Source of the DNA: Octopus sinensis | Taxonomy: Eukaryota | Length of the DNA: 64,000 nt | Direction: 5' to 3' | Assembly (NCBI RefSeq): GCF_006345805.1 | Contig: NC_043000.1 | Span: forward strand, 101,122,001 to 101,186,000 | Shown: positions 26,236 to 39,700 of the stretch, piece after piece | Layout: each line of letters begins with the position of its first letter | Position numbering within the stretch: the first letter of the stretch is position 1 | Made by a program: the position numbers and the translations under genes | Notes under the pieces: model-generated | The model's database searches: none | Told to the model about the DNA's origin: nothing | Seen by the model: the letters and a program-made list of their open reading frames with translations, nothing else

Positions 26236-27444
26236 TCCAATGCTGGTTCATATGTGTATACATATATATATATACATACACCAGCTGTGTGTATATAAAT
26301 ACATAGATTTAGTGTCTGTCTTTGCCACTCATTCTCTCTTCTCTTTCTCATAATTCATGAATAACATTCATTTAAATATCTTTACCGATGCATATAAAGT
26401 TTATATTTATATACATATTCTATATACATGTATATAAGTATTATAATATACACACACACACACACACACACATATAATCTTTCATGCTGGCATGGGTCAG
26501 ATAATTGGATAAAATCTGATGGACCCAAGGACTGCATTACACTCCAGTGTCTGCTTTGTATGGTTTCTAAAGTTGGATGCCCTTCCTAATGTCAATCATT
26601 TTACATGTACTTGGTGCTTTTTTGTGCCACCAGTGGTAGTGAAGACACTTGGTTTTGTGGTTTGGGTATTTGGCTCATAATCCTAAGATCATCAGTTTGG
26701 TTCATGGTGGTGTGTTCTGACCTTGAGCAAGACACTTTATTTCACATTTCTCCAGTCCATTCAACTGGCAAAAATGAATATGCAGGTGTAATTCAAAAGG
26801 ATCAGCCTTGTCACATTCTGTGTCAAGTTCAATCTTCCTGAAAACTACATTAAGAGTATATGTGTCTGTGGAGTACTCAGCTGGATTCAGTCAACATAAT
26901 CATAATTGTCATCATAATTGATGGAGAGCCAAGCCAGTAGTAGTGAGGCCACTACGCATTTTGCATGACTACAAACTCTGAGGGGGTAACCTTATTCTGG
27001 GAGATAAGGATGAAAGGATGGGTAAACATGAAAGAAGGGTCCAGAGCAGATCAAGTTCCTTATTGTAGTGGAGCAACATGACTACTCACATTCTAGAAGA
27101 GAGGGTGGGAGTGATCAGATGGAACTGGATTACAATTAAGTGGGGGAATAGGAGATAACTGACAGAGCTGTGCAGAAGAATAGTAATGATGAATCAGTAG
27201 ATTGGAGAAGGATGAGAGTGATGATGTTGGGTAGGTTGCAGAAGCAGATGGAGATGTTATAAATTTATAGAATTAGTAAACCCAATTCATGCTATATGAT
27301 GCCTTAATAATAAGATAGGAGAAAAATATCTAAGGAGAGTGTTCTGCATATTAAACACACGTATGGTAGAGTATCACATACCTAATATAGTGAGTTTAAA
27401 ATCTTTGATTTTTGAATTAAGAAATTAAAGTACCCAAGATATTC

Positions 27445-27670
27445 TTTTCTACACTAGGCACAAGGCCCAAAATTTTGGGGAAGGTGGTGGGGGGATCAGT
27501 CGATTAGATCATCCCCCAGTATGCAACTGGTACTTAATTTATTGACCCTGAAAAAATGACAGGCAAAGTTGACCTTGGCGGAATTTGAACACAGAATGTA
27601 AAGACAGATGAAATACCGCTAAGCATTTCGCTCGGCTTGCTAATGTTTCTGCCGGCTTGCTGCCTTTAAG
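27445..27670 (-). mobile_element. SINE family A, short-tail variant
   Basis: GGCACAAGGCCC..AATTTTGGGG...CGGAATTTGAAC...CTGCCGGCTTGCTGCCTT matches the family in reverse orientation. Confidence 0.75.
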
Positions 27671-28914
27671 TACCCAAGATAGTAGTTAACAAAAGTGCTC
27701 TATAGGGATGCTTAAAATCTGAGAAAGGAGATAACTCCAAGAGAATCTACTGACTGGAAGTTTTTCACTCTATAACAATGTTGATTAGAATGGGTCTGGT
27801 TTTTAAAATCAACTGGTGAAAACAATAGACATGTTAAGATGTTATTAGGCTTCCTCCGAGAAGTATATTTTAATCAGTTGCTAAGTGGGGTAAAAGAGAT
27901 ATTTAAAAAAATTTCAACTTTTCTTGATGGTATTTCTAATTAAATACACAGTCTGTGTTTCAATAAATTTTGAAAATAACCAAGAATTTAGAAGTTAGTA
28001 AAATATTAAAATTTGTCATCAAGTTGATGTTTGGAAACAAACTTAAGAAAACAAAAATTGTCTGAAAAAAATCGTGATGAAATGTTTTAGTTTAAATATG
28101 AGCATTTTAAATTTAGAAGTTTTGTATAATTTAACCACAAGTAGTCTCATGTGAGTTGTTATTGAAAAAGTAAATGAACAGAATTGTAAACAAATATATT
28201 ATTAGCCCCAGGTTGGCTAGTATCGAGCAGATCTATGATCAAAGGTGCTTGGAGTTCAGCTCATTATATGTATCTAGGACTGCATTATTCACTGTGACTT
28301 TCCTTGTTGAAGAACTATTGCTTTGATCTCTAGAAGGATATACATAACTTAGCTGTGAATGTGGATGCAAATAGAGAACTGTAATTCGGAGGAGATTTAG
28401 CTGTTATTTCTGAAAGGCTGAGTGTATAAAGGACCCTAGTTTGTTTGTTAAAGTGATTTAACAGATGTGATTTGACCTACATTTACTCTTAATCATGTCC
28501 TTACATTCCACGTAAACACAATATAGAAATTAACATTGTTAGATTTAATAATGAAATTAAACAAACAAAAATTCAGAGGAAAAGTAATTAAAAGCTTTTT
28601 AAAACAAACAAATATATAGTTTTTACATTTATTTTACATTTCTTTTATTTATTAAATCTAATATCAAGTGCTGTCAAATGTTTTTCCCTACATCAAGTAT
28701 TAATTAATAGTACAAAGAAATTATATATGTAAAGTGTTTATTCATCAAAATACATCCTTCATATTCTATCTGTTGGTGTCATTGTGCCAGAAGGTTAGTT
28801 CCATGCTTATAGAATTTATCTGATTTAGAGGGAAAAAAGCCACCTGTACCTATTTTCATGCAGTAAAATGAGACTGACTTGGAAAAGGTGGTAATCTGAT
28901 GGTGCAAGGTCTGG

Positions 28915-29160
28915 AGGTGCATGGCTCAGTGGTTAGGGTGTTGAACTCATGATTGTAAGGTTGTGGTTTCGATTCCTGGACTGGGCAATGCGTTGTGTTC
29001 TTGAGCAAAACACATCATTTCACATTGCTCCAGTCCACTCAGCTGGCCAAAATGAGTAATCCTGTGATGGACCGGCACCCCGCCCAGGTGGAGAATTTCT
29101 ACGTCACTGAAACCAGAAAATCGGCCCTTATGAGCCTGGCATGGCTCAAGAAGGAACATT
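28915..29160 (+). mobile_element. tRNA-headed SINE
   Basis: A-box TGGCTCAGTGG and B-box GGTTTCGATTCC; body shared with the 5692 copy. Confidence 0.7.
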
Positions 29161-29180
29161 TATCTTCTTTATCAATCTAA

Positions 29181-30045
29181 GGTCTGGAATGTAGGCAGAC
29201 TGAGGCAATATTTACAACTCCACAAGTTCCTCAAGTTTGCTTTTGGTTATATTGGCAGTGTGTGCTAGGGCATTGTCATACTATAGGAGTGCATGCCCTC
29301 AGTTGACCATTGCCAGGTCAAAGCATAATATGTTTGCTACAGTTGTTGAGCATAAAGGTTAACATTCATTGCATGACCATCTCTGACATGCTCAAAGTCC
29401 AACAACACCTGGAAATTCCATCAGACACACAACATGACTTTCTGCTCAAACTACCCTTGCTTGACAACAGGTTCTGAAACCCGGCTAGAATGAAACCACT
29501 GATTTCTGTTCTCGGAATTATAAAAACAGGTCCATTTTTCATCTCTAATTACAATTTGAAACCAAAAATGGACTGTTTGAGGATCTGTGGTTGTATACTA
29601 ATATTCAAAAGTTATTGCGTATGAGCATTGGTCAGTTTATGAAGAACTTCTTGACAACGACTGTTCACAAGGTTAAAATTATGGAGATATTGATTGTTAG
29701 TGCTTTTTGCTGGACCATGTTCAGCCAATGATGTCTTGGTTATTGTTCAATCATTCAAGCAAGGCTTCATCTTCCACAACAGGTCCCCCTGATCTTGGTT
29801 TGTCTTCAAAGCTGGCATAATCTTCCTTAAAACGTCTGAACCAGTTTTGTGCCACACATTTGTTAACAGTCCCTAGGTCTTCCACATCATTAATTCCTTT
29901 TGCCATTGCCCTTGCACTTAGTCCTTTTTTTTCCGCAGGTAGCATACAATGGTTCTAATTGCAATTTTTTCACCACTCAATATCAAAGTTGTAAAATAAA
30001 GTATAAACAGTTAATGTTATGGTAAATCGAAATCAAATTCAATGA
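29181..30045 (-). mobile_element. Mariner (Tc1/mariner, DD34D-type) transposase pseudogene
   Basis: HTH region KGINDVEDLGTVNKCVAQNWFRRFKEDYASFEDKPRSG (29751-29945), then IVIRDEKW (~29535), KVMLCV*W (~29430), YDNALAH (~29270) and LPQSAYIPDL (~29190), matching the mariner DEKW, KVMLCVWW, HDNARPH and HPxYSPDL motifs. Frameshifted and cut off by a SINE. Confidence 0.85.
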
Positions 30046-31104
30046 CTGGTGTACATGCTAGTGGAGCGTTTAGAGCACCATCCGAGTGTGGTCATTGCCA
30101 GAGCAGCTAACTGGCTTCCATGCAGGTGGCACATAAAAAGCACCTCAGCGTCGCCTTACTGGCACTTGTGCCGGTGACATGTGAAAAAACATTTGAGCAA
30201 GGTTAGGAAGGGCATCCAGCAGTAGAAACTCTGCCAGATCAGATGGGAGCCTGGTGCAGCCATCTGGTTCACCAGTCCTCAGTCAAATCGTCCAACCCAT
30301 GCTAGCATGGAAAGCAGATGTTAAACGTTGATGATAAAGAATAAACAATTCAACAATAATTGAACAACAAATTGCATGAAACCAATGATACAACTTGGAG
30401 ACACAACTTCCCAAAAGTCATCGCTGAAAATCAAAACAACGCTTTGACTCAACCTGTTATGTGTGTGTGAGTATGTGCATACACATACGTACAATGCATA
30501 TTTACTTTGTTTACAATTTATATTTTATTCAAACAAAGCTCTCTCTCTCTCGGCTCCCACTTCTCTCTCTCTATATAAAATATTTAGATATCTAAGTGTA
30601 CATGCATCTTCACTCACAATTACATATACATTAATTAATATATATATGTGTATATATGTGTGTGCATCCATTTGCACTAAAGCACTTTGAGATAGGTATC
30701 TGTTCTCAAGAAGATAAGAAATTAACTTAGTGTACCAAAATCAAAATTGGGAAGATATATAAAGATACAAAAGATACTTAAAAGAAAAAAAAAAAATTTT
30801 ATATTTTTAAAAGAAATTGTGTACCTATAAGTTCTTTATAGCTGCCTCAGAAACATCTTATATTTGCCTTCCATGAGGAATTGGATAAGGCAAAGTTACA
30901 AGTGCAACTATCTGAAAATTCATTTTAATCAATGTAGGTTATTTCTCATAGGTGATAAATATATTGGAATTATAATTTTGATTGCCTTCCAGTAAATATT
31001 ATTTTCATATTTTGTTAAAGAGCTTCTATTGTTTCCCTTATAGAAAAGTATTGCAAAGCAATTTAGAAATGGGAAAGTGGAATTTGTATAAAGTTTTATA
31101 GACG

Positions 31105-31500
31105 CAAACATGGTTGTGTGGTGAGAAGTTAGCTTCCTAACCACATGGTTTTGAGTTCAGTCCCACTGCATGGCATCTTGGACAATTGTCTTCTACTATA
31201 ATCTCAGACTAACCAAAACCTGTGAGTGAATTTTGTGGGTAGAAACTGAAAGAAGACGGTCATATGTGTGTGTGTATGTGTGCATATGTACATGTGTCTG
31301 TGTTTGTCTCCCACCACTGCTTGAGAAATGGTGTTTGTGTGTTTATGTCCTCCTTAACAGTGATTCAGCGAAAGAAACTGATAGGATTAGTATCAGGCTT
31401 AAAAAGAAAAAAAAAGAACAGTGGGTTTGATTCATTCAACTGAAATTTCTTAAGGCGATGAGCCACTATAGCCATATTCAAATGACCAAAACAAGTAAAA
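31105..31500 (+). mobile_element. CORE-type (OR2-like) composite SINE with internal (GT/AT)n linker
   Basis: tRNA-like head GTGTGGT..GTTCAGTCCCACTGC, CORE-like GGCA.CTTGG.CAA.TGTCTTC, a microsatellite linker and a conserved tail. Same family at 33030-33450 (-), 39745-40145 (+), 49245-49620 (-), 53135-53690 (+) and 57305-57510 (-). Confidence 0.7.
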
Positions 31501-31519
31501 GATACAAGATATACAACTA

Positions 31520-32630
31520 CTTTACTCTTTTACTTGTTTCAGTCATTTGACTGTGGCCATGCTGGAGCATCGCCTTTAGTCGGTCAAATCGACCCCAGGA
31601 CTTATTCTTTGTAAGCCTAATACTTATTCTTCTGGTCTCTTTTGCTGAACTGCTAAGTTACGGGAATGTAGATACACCAGCATGGGATGTCAAGCGATGT
31701 TGAGGGATGGGGACAAACACAGACACACAAACATACACACATATACATAACTGAAAGAAGCCCGTCGTATATATGTTTATATATATATATACAAATTGAG
31801 ATAGGGGTTGTAAATGCAACCCTCCATGGGATAACATATATTCAATATACTGCTAGTGAAGTACCCAACAAAGTTAATACATAAATGTTAATGATTGCAA
31901 TGCAATCAATTCATTTACTGTATTATATGGGCAAAGGTAAAATGATTTACCACAAATTACTAATGCAAGATAAGAAAATGGAGAAATACATCTAAATCAA
32001 ATAACAATTACCAGATAATACTCAATCACATACTTTATTAAACCACCACATAAGAGACTGTAGGGTTAAATATAAAAAAGCAGAACAAATCAGTGTACAT
32101 AAAGGAATGTACATAAAAAAGTGTACATAAAAGAGTAATGTTGTATAATAAGTAGAATATATATAAAAGAGAATATAAATATAAGTAAATATAAATATAA
32201 GTATAGATTACATTTTACAGCTGTTTCGGCCATGTAGATAAGTATGTCTCATTATATATTCTACTTATTATACAACATTACTCTTTTATGTACACTTTTT
32301 TATGTACATTCCTTTATGTACACTGATTTGTTCTGCTTTTTTATATTTAACCCTACAGTCTCTTATGTGGTGGTTTAATAAAGTATGTGATTGAGTATTA
32401 TCTGGTAATTGTTATTTGATGTAGATGTATTTCTCCATTTTCTTATCTTGTATATATATATATAAACATATATACGACGGGCTTCTTTCAGTTTCCGTCT
32501 ACCAAATCCACTCACAAGGCTTTTGTCGGCCTGAGGCTATAGTAGAAGACACTTGCCCAAGGTGTCATGCAATGGGACTGAACCCGGAACCATGTGGTTG
32601 GTAAGCAAGCTACTTACCACACAGCCACTC
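31520..32630 (-). mobile_element. CORE-type SINE interrupted by a ~700-bp rearranged insert
   Basis: The tail half (31520-31748) and head half (32451-32630) match the uninterrupted copy at 49245-49620; the insert lies in the microsatellite linker. Confidence 0.8.
31966..32450. repeat. Fold-back palindrome: 198-bp arms, 89-nt loop
   Basis: 31966-32163 is the reverse complement of 32253-32450; I found one mismatch (ATCTAAATC vs ATCTACATC). Confidence 0.9.
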
Positions 32631-33794
32631 CTACACCTTAAAAAAAACCCAACTTTTCTCTGACCACTTCATTGTTAATATTCAGTATTCACACAAGAAG
32701 GATGTTAAGCACGTTAAGAATAGAAATAGAGGGCGACAAAGTAACCAAAACATTACAAACCACTGACTCAGTGAAAGGAGTTAGGGCAGTGCACACGATA
32801 TCTGGAGCATCTTTGTGACTTGTAGGAGTGAGGGAATCAGACAAAGAAACCATACCATGGGTTGCAGCTTACTGCTTCTTTGATCCCTATATACATCCTG
32901 GCTGTAAGTCTCTGTTTTGGTGAACTTCTGCTAAATAACAGCTCTTACATGTGCTTTTGTGGCAAACAATGGTATTATGCCAGAGGGGGAGCAGTAAGAA
33001 ATGGTACATCAAAATATGTATGATTGCTATCTTTTATCTTTTACTTGTTTCAGTGATTTGACTGCAGCCATGCTGGAGCACCACTTTGAAGGGATTTTAT
33101 TCGAACAAATCAACTCCAGGACTTTGTTTTAAGCCTGGTACTTATTTTATCAGTCTCTTTTGCTGAGCCCCTAAGTTACAGGAACATATTTGAACCAGCA
33201 ATGGTTGTCAAGCAGTGTTAAAGGACAAACATAGACACAAAGACACACACACACACACACCACACACAGAGATCCCCCCCCACACACACACATATACTAC
33301 GCTGGGCTTCTTTTGATTTCTGTCTACCAAATCCACTCACAAGTCTTTGTCTATAGTAGAAGACATTTACCCAATGTGTCATGCAGTGCAACTGAATCCA
33401 GAACCATGTGGCTGGGAACCAAATTTCTTACCACACAGCCACACCTACACCTATATCTAGCAAACTAATTGACCTATATCTAGCAAATTGATTAACCAAG
33501 CATGTATTAGATTTTTCCCACCCAGCCTTTATTCCCTTTTCATGACATAGTTATATTTCACCATTCATTCACATCAAATCAACATTTCAAATCTGGTGGA
33601 TCTTTCTTAACATATTTCACATTAACATCTCCATTTCTTTTGCATTCAAGGCCCACAACTCCCTCCCATGCATTATGACACTTCTTGCATATGCTTCATG
33701 TAATCAAAATATGATTGTGAATGCTTCATCCTAACAACTGAGTCACTCACTTTCAAACTGTGTTTAGAATATATTAAAATGATGATTAACATCA

Positions 33795-34820
33795 TTTCCA
33801 AATTTTGGCTCAAGGCCAGCAATTTTGGATTGAGGTCAAGTTGATTGCATTCATTGATGTGTTCAACTGGTACTTATTTTATTGACCTTGAAAGGATGAA
33901 AAGTAAAGTCAACTCCATCATCATTTGGCTTCAGAAGATAAAATCTGAAAAAATGCTGCTAAGCATATTTGTCTGGCATGGTAACAGTGCTTCCACCTTG
34001 CCACCTTAACAATGATTAATATTAATTATGGTATTAAGGCAGTGAGCTGACAGAATCATTACTGCACTAGGTAAAACGCTCAGTGGCATTTCGTCCATCC
34101 TTACTTTCCAAGTTCAAATTCCACAGAAGTGGACTTTGCCTTTCATCCTTTTGGGGTCGATAAAATAAGTTCCAGTTGGGCACTGAAGGCAATGAAATCA
34201 ACTTACCCCACTCCCTGAAATTGCTGACCTGCCAAAATTTGAAACCAATATTATTTGTCACAAAGTTGGCGAGCTGGCAGAATCGTTAGCATGCCGAGCG
34301 AAATGCTTAGCGGTGTTTCGTCTGCCTCTACATTCTGAGTTCAAATTCCACCGAGGTCGACTTTGCTTTTCATCCTTTCGGGGTCGATTAAATAAGTACC
34401 AGTTATGCACTGGGGTCGATATAATTGACTTAATCCGTTTGTCCTCTCTGTGTTTAGCCCCTTGTGGGTAGTAAAGAAATAGGTATTTCATCTGTCTTAA
34501 CGTTCTGAGTTCAAATTCCGCCGAGGTTGACTTTGCCTTTCATCCTTTTGGGGTCGATTAAATAAGTACCAGTTATGCACTGGGGTCGATATAATCGACT
34601 TAGTCCGTTTGTCCTCTCTGTGTTTAGCCCCTTGTGGGTAGTAAAGAAATAGGTATTTCATCCATCTTCATGTACTCAGTTCAAGTTCCACTTAGGTTGT
34701 CTTTGACTTTCACCCTTTTGGGGTCAATTTGATAAGTACCAGCTGAGCACAGTGGTTGATGTAATCGACTTACTACATCCTATTAAATTGCAGACCTTGT
34801 GCCAAAATTTTAAACCAATC
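33795..34820. mobile_element. Cluster of SINE family A copies (one minus, one plus, then a 170-bp-period head-to-tail multimer)
   Basis: Minus copy 33795-34007, plus copy 34036-34255, then GGT(A/G)TTTC(G/A)TC registers at 34311, 34481 and 34651. Confidence 0.8.
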
Positions 34821-35039
34821 TTAATTATAATCCTAACTTTTCAACTAGGTGTACTATACTTTATGGAGTGGCACAGAAGGAAATACATATTAGTGTAGAT
34901 TTTTTCTAGTTCACTGTAGAATACATGTAACAATCATGAGAATTACGTTTCTTCTATTTCTTTTACATGAGAAAAGGAATAGGCATTTAGAGCTCTGTCT
35001 GAGTCTGTTTGTTTGTGTTAGAGGTGTGTGTGTGAGAGA

Positions 35040-35178
35040 GAAGGAGAGATAGAGAGATTGAGTGAGAGATGATTATTTATATATGCCTATATATATACAC
35101 ACACACACATATATATATACACACACACACATGTATATATACATATATATACATATGCATATATATATACATATATAC

Positions 35179-35225
<47 letters not shown>

Positions 35226-35536
35226 TATATATACATATATATATATGCATATATATATGCATATATATATATATACACACACATATATATATATATATAT
35301 ATACATATATATATACATATATACATATATATACATATACATATAGATATATATATATATACATATATACATATACACATATACATACATATATACAAAT
35401 ATATACATATAAATATATATACAGATATATATGTATGTATATATGTATGTATATATATGTGTGTATATGGATATATATATATATGTAGATATATATATAT
35501 ATGTATGTGTATATATATGTATGTATATATATATAT

Positions 35537-35569
<33 letters not shown>

Positions 35570-35640
35570 GTATACATATATATGAATTTGTGGACAGAAT
35601 CACATATATAGAGGTAGATCGAGAGAAGGTGTGAGAGAGG
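35040..35640. repeat. Long (AT)n/(AC)n microsatellite
   Basis: Directly visible; source of several Y/I/T ORFs. Confidence 0.95.
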
Positions 35641-37547
35641 GAGTGAGAGGAAACGCACAGAAATAATTATATATATGTGTGCCATCTCAGCAGACATAAC
35701 TACTACTTTCACACCCCGCCCACACTCCATCCCCCCCACACACACTGAATTGCATACATATACACACAACGCACTCATATATATTTCCCATTACATGTCA
35801 GGTAACATTCCCGCTCAATGGCTTATTTTTCCCTGTTTATGACCATTTTATTGTTCTGAAAGTTTAGCTTTGACTTATTTACTAAAGTAAAAAAGCGTGT
35901 GTGTGTGTTTGTGTGTGCTGGAAATAGAAAATTCATTGTCCAAGTGCCACATGCAACCAGATTATTTCGAAAGAACCAATTTCCTGCACCTGTTTACTGC
36001 ACTATTTATTTTATTTTATTTTATTTCATTTTTATTATTTTTCTTTCATTTTATGTTCAAAGGTTCTGTCTGTTTTTGTTTCCTTATTGTATCTGTTTGT
36101 TTAGTTAATCTAACTATATATTGTTGAGAGACAGAGAAAAATACAGAGAGAGAGAGAGAGAAAGAGAGATAGCCAGTTGGATAGACACTTAGAATGAAAG
36201 AAAGAAGAAGAAGAGGAGAGACAAAGTAGACTAATGGTTAAGTATAAGTATTGTGATTTTACAACAGAAGCAATGCCTAGAAGTACCAACTTGCTTGTAA
36301 TGAGATTTTTTGTCTTTTTCATATCAGGAAGTATTGGAGAAGTGTGTTCCTTCCATATCATATTCTTCTTCAAAATCGTTTGCTAATCTAATATATTATT
36401 GGCTGTCCGTCTGTCTCTTTGATTTGACACTTCCACTTTTCCTGTTGGTTGATAAATGAATTAAAGTAGATGTGAGAAGGCTATTTTGTTAGAAGAATGT
36501 CTGGAGAAGAAAATGAAAAGTAAATGAATAACAAAAAAACAAAAAAAAACAATAAAATAAAATAAATGTAAAAACAAAAATATACCCAGGTATGTCTGCT
36601 ATGTGAAAACTTAATAAGTAACCGGGGGGGGGGCTATTTTGTGCTTTGGTGAAGTTTGTTTCATTGTCTCTGAAATATAACTGGCAGCTTGTTTATGACA
36701 AGTGGACATTTTACGATTTAATGTTATTCTGTCTTTTACTTTGTTGTTAGTCTCCAGGCTTTGGGTATCATCATCATCGCCATCATCGTTATCATCTTCA
36801 TTAATATCATCATTGATATTATTTAACATCTGCTTTCCATGCTGGCATGGAATGGATGGCTTGACAAAAGCTGGCGAGCCAGAAGACTTTGCTGAGTATT
36901 ACTGTCTGTTTTGGTATAGATTCTAACACCAACCATTTTACAGAGAAGTTTTACTTCCAAGGCACCAGCACCAGCAAGGTCATCAAGACAATACCCTGCA
37001 AATGAGTGGGGAGTGGCATGGAGGGAAGTGGCTTTGTACCTAGTGATCAGAGGTTAGAGTATAATAGGACAGAAACAGGTGTTGTGCAGAGATGAGATAC
37101 ATGGTTACTTCCAGTTGGAAAGAAGGAGAGAGAGAGAGAGAAAAGAAGAAGGTGAAGTGTATATGTATTTGTGTGCATGTGTGTGTGTGTGTGTGGGGTG
37201 GGGGTGACAAATTATCATATAAGGTTGCAGCTCTGAATAGTATCTGCATTAAAGTCTAGCTGCTACATTATCTGATAGCAGAACATGCATATAATACAGG
37301 GCTGTTATAGAGTATGAAAAGCATACATTGTATAAGAGAATAATAGGTAGTAAGTTACTGGTGTTTCATTTGTTTCATTTCCATTGTAATTGTTTCAGTG
37401 ACTGATAACAAAGATCAATGGATAATTAGAAATTATATTTGATTAGATCAATTGTAGAACATATCATCAGACAGTGCATTGAAATATCAATCATAATAGA
37501 ATTGAAATATATGAAATAAGAGCACCTTGATTCCTGTTATACTTTCA

Positions 37548-37589
<42 letters not shown>

Positions 37590-37949
37590 GTCTAACTCAA
37601 CACTACATTACTTGAAGTTTCTTGGGCATTAGGACACATCCACATTATCTGATGCTTGGAGACGAGAGAGAATTTATAAGAAATCTAAAATGTTTTCTAG
37701 ATGAGAGTGTTTTGGCTACCATTGTTCAACTCAGATCAGTCTAGTTGCTTTCATTATCATAGTGATATCAGTTATGTTATTGATAGTAGTATGTGTTGCA
37801 GTAGACAGGATGTCGATGTCACTTTATTAGCATTTATAAGGAGGTGATATTTTAGTGCTATTACTGATTTAGATTGAATACAGCACATAGTAGAGCAGGC
37901 AAGCTATTGGTATTAATTAACCACCATTCTGCTGTGTGGCATTTCAGTG

Positions 37950-38984
37950 ACAGTAGTTATCAAATGGGAAGGTAATTGAAGTGATGGTGCCAAGTTACAT
38001 GAGTTTGCATGAGGACATGTTTTATAGTAGGCTTTAATCTCTCTAGGCAACAAGATTTATATACCTGCTATTGTGTGTGAGCTAACCAGACATAGAAAAG
38101 TGTATCCAGATTATCAGTGGCCAATGATTTGAAGTGTGCCTCTGGTGGAAAAAATAAGACAGGTCACTTTTTTTATTGAAGGATATTGTATGCTGTTGGA
38201 GTATGTGCAGATTCTCATAAAGCCAGAATTGACAATTACAAGTTCACTTTGAATAAGGTGGGTTCTGATTAATGATACTGTGTGTGATGTTGGCAAAGCT
38301 GTTTAAATGATCCATATTCTTGTAGTGAATTGAAACAAAGAGGTGGAGTTTTCCCCTCTCTCTACACCTGAAGGAGTGCATATGTTGCATGCATCTTTCC
38401 TTAAACTTATTGACTGTCATATCCCTATCCTCTAGTTTCTGATGGTATGACTGGATGGTGTGAGGATGATTTTATAGACACCAGATTTTTTGTGGCAGGA
38501 TCCTCCCAGCTGGCAGTTGATGTGATTTCAGTAATCCCTGATTTGGGTGTAGGGTGAAGACTGTGTGGCTGCATGTTTGCATCTGTTGTAGCATGCAATG
38601 TTGGAAGTGACATTAATGGAATTAAAAAGTTTGCTATTTATGGGATTTTGATAAATAATTTTGATTGCACGGAGGATTAAACCAGATTACCTTTTTCTTT
38701 CTAACCCTCTTTGGGTTAGATGGTGGGGGAAGGATCTTCTGTGTTCACAAACTTGTTGGGAAATCATTCCTCACTGATACTTTGTTATATTGGGATGTGA
38801 CTCTGTTGAAGTTCTCTCTATCTGCTGATTGGCTGGAACTTCTTCTACCAATCCCTTTGACTACAGTTATTGGGTAGTTGGGGTGTTTATAAATATAGGC
38901 AATTTCCTGAATCAAACTGTTTTTATAGCATATAACTCCAACCAAATGTACTGAATTGTACATTCTTTCACTTGTTCACCCACT

Positions 38985-38990
<6 letters not shown>
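37950..38990 (-). mobile_element. Highly decayed Penelope-like element, RT thumb/linker to GIY-YIG region
   Basis: YKHPNYPITVVKGIGRR..ENFNRVTSQYNKV (cf. SNHPPxIxKxIP..F...Y), RKKKVIW (cf. RKRxIIWFNPP) and LLPREIKAYYKTCPHANSC (cf. LLNKRSEL..CRH); many stops. Confidence 0.55.
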
Positions 38991-39037
<47 letters not shown>

Positions 39038-39374
39038 GTATGTCTGTCAATCACTTTATAAATTTGTGTGTATGTGTGTGTGTGTTTGTGTATCTTTATC
39101 TTGACATCATGTTGTAATTGTGAATTATTGTTGCCTTCATACAAGTGATGCCATTCAATTCCAATCTTCTGTGAATATATGTCAAGCCACGGATAAATAT
39201 TACCTTACTTACAAACAGGTGTGGGTTGGCAACAGGAAGGGCACCTAACTGTTGAAAACCTACTTCAATGAAAACCCATCCGACTCAGGCAAGCATGGAA
39301 AAATGGACACTAAAACAATGTCAATGATGACTGCCACACTCACATTATCTACAACAATCTTAAACGCATCTAAG

Positions 39375-39700
39375 ATAATCAAATCAAACTCTTAGCTTGT
39401 TCAAATACTAGAATTAAAAGAATTTTTTTTTTCATGTTTAAGAGCATCAAAGCAAATTTTCAACTTGCTCAAATGCTATTTCAACATCTCAGATTTGTTT
39501 TTCACATTTAAGAACAAACTTTCAAATTGTTTAAATACTATTACAAAATCTTATTCAATTTTTTTTTTTCCCATTTTACCAAATTTTCAGCTTGTTTAAA
39601 ATACTATTTTCAACATTTCATTTAGATTTGTTATTTTTTTCACATTTTAGAGAATCAAACCAAACTCTTTCAGTGTGTTCAAATACTATTTGCAATATCT
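39375..39700. repeat. Degenerate minisatellite, ~5 units of 60-80 bp
   Basis: TTGTT(C/T)AAATACTA-like word recurs at ~39397, 39465, 39527, 39592 and 39675. Confidence 0.65.

Noticed and set aside
36290-36560. Very strong minus-strand polypyrimidine tract and AG at 36501-36502, with a downstream NDFEEEYDMEG-like peptide
   Set aside because: All three frames stop within 13 codons of the acceptor and the acidic peptide has no usable acceptor; it cannot be supported as CDS.
39180-39260. AAGCCACGGATAAA resembling a twister-ribozyme core
   Set aside because: The required upstream pairings and pseudoknots are missing, and the related copy at 23.5-23.7 kb does not show the motif.
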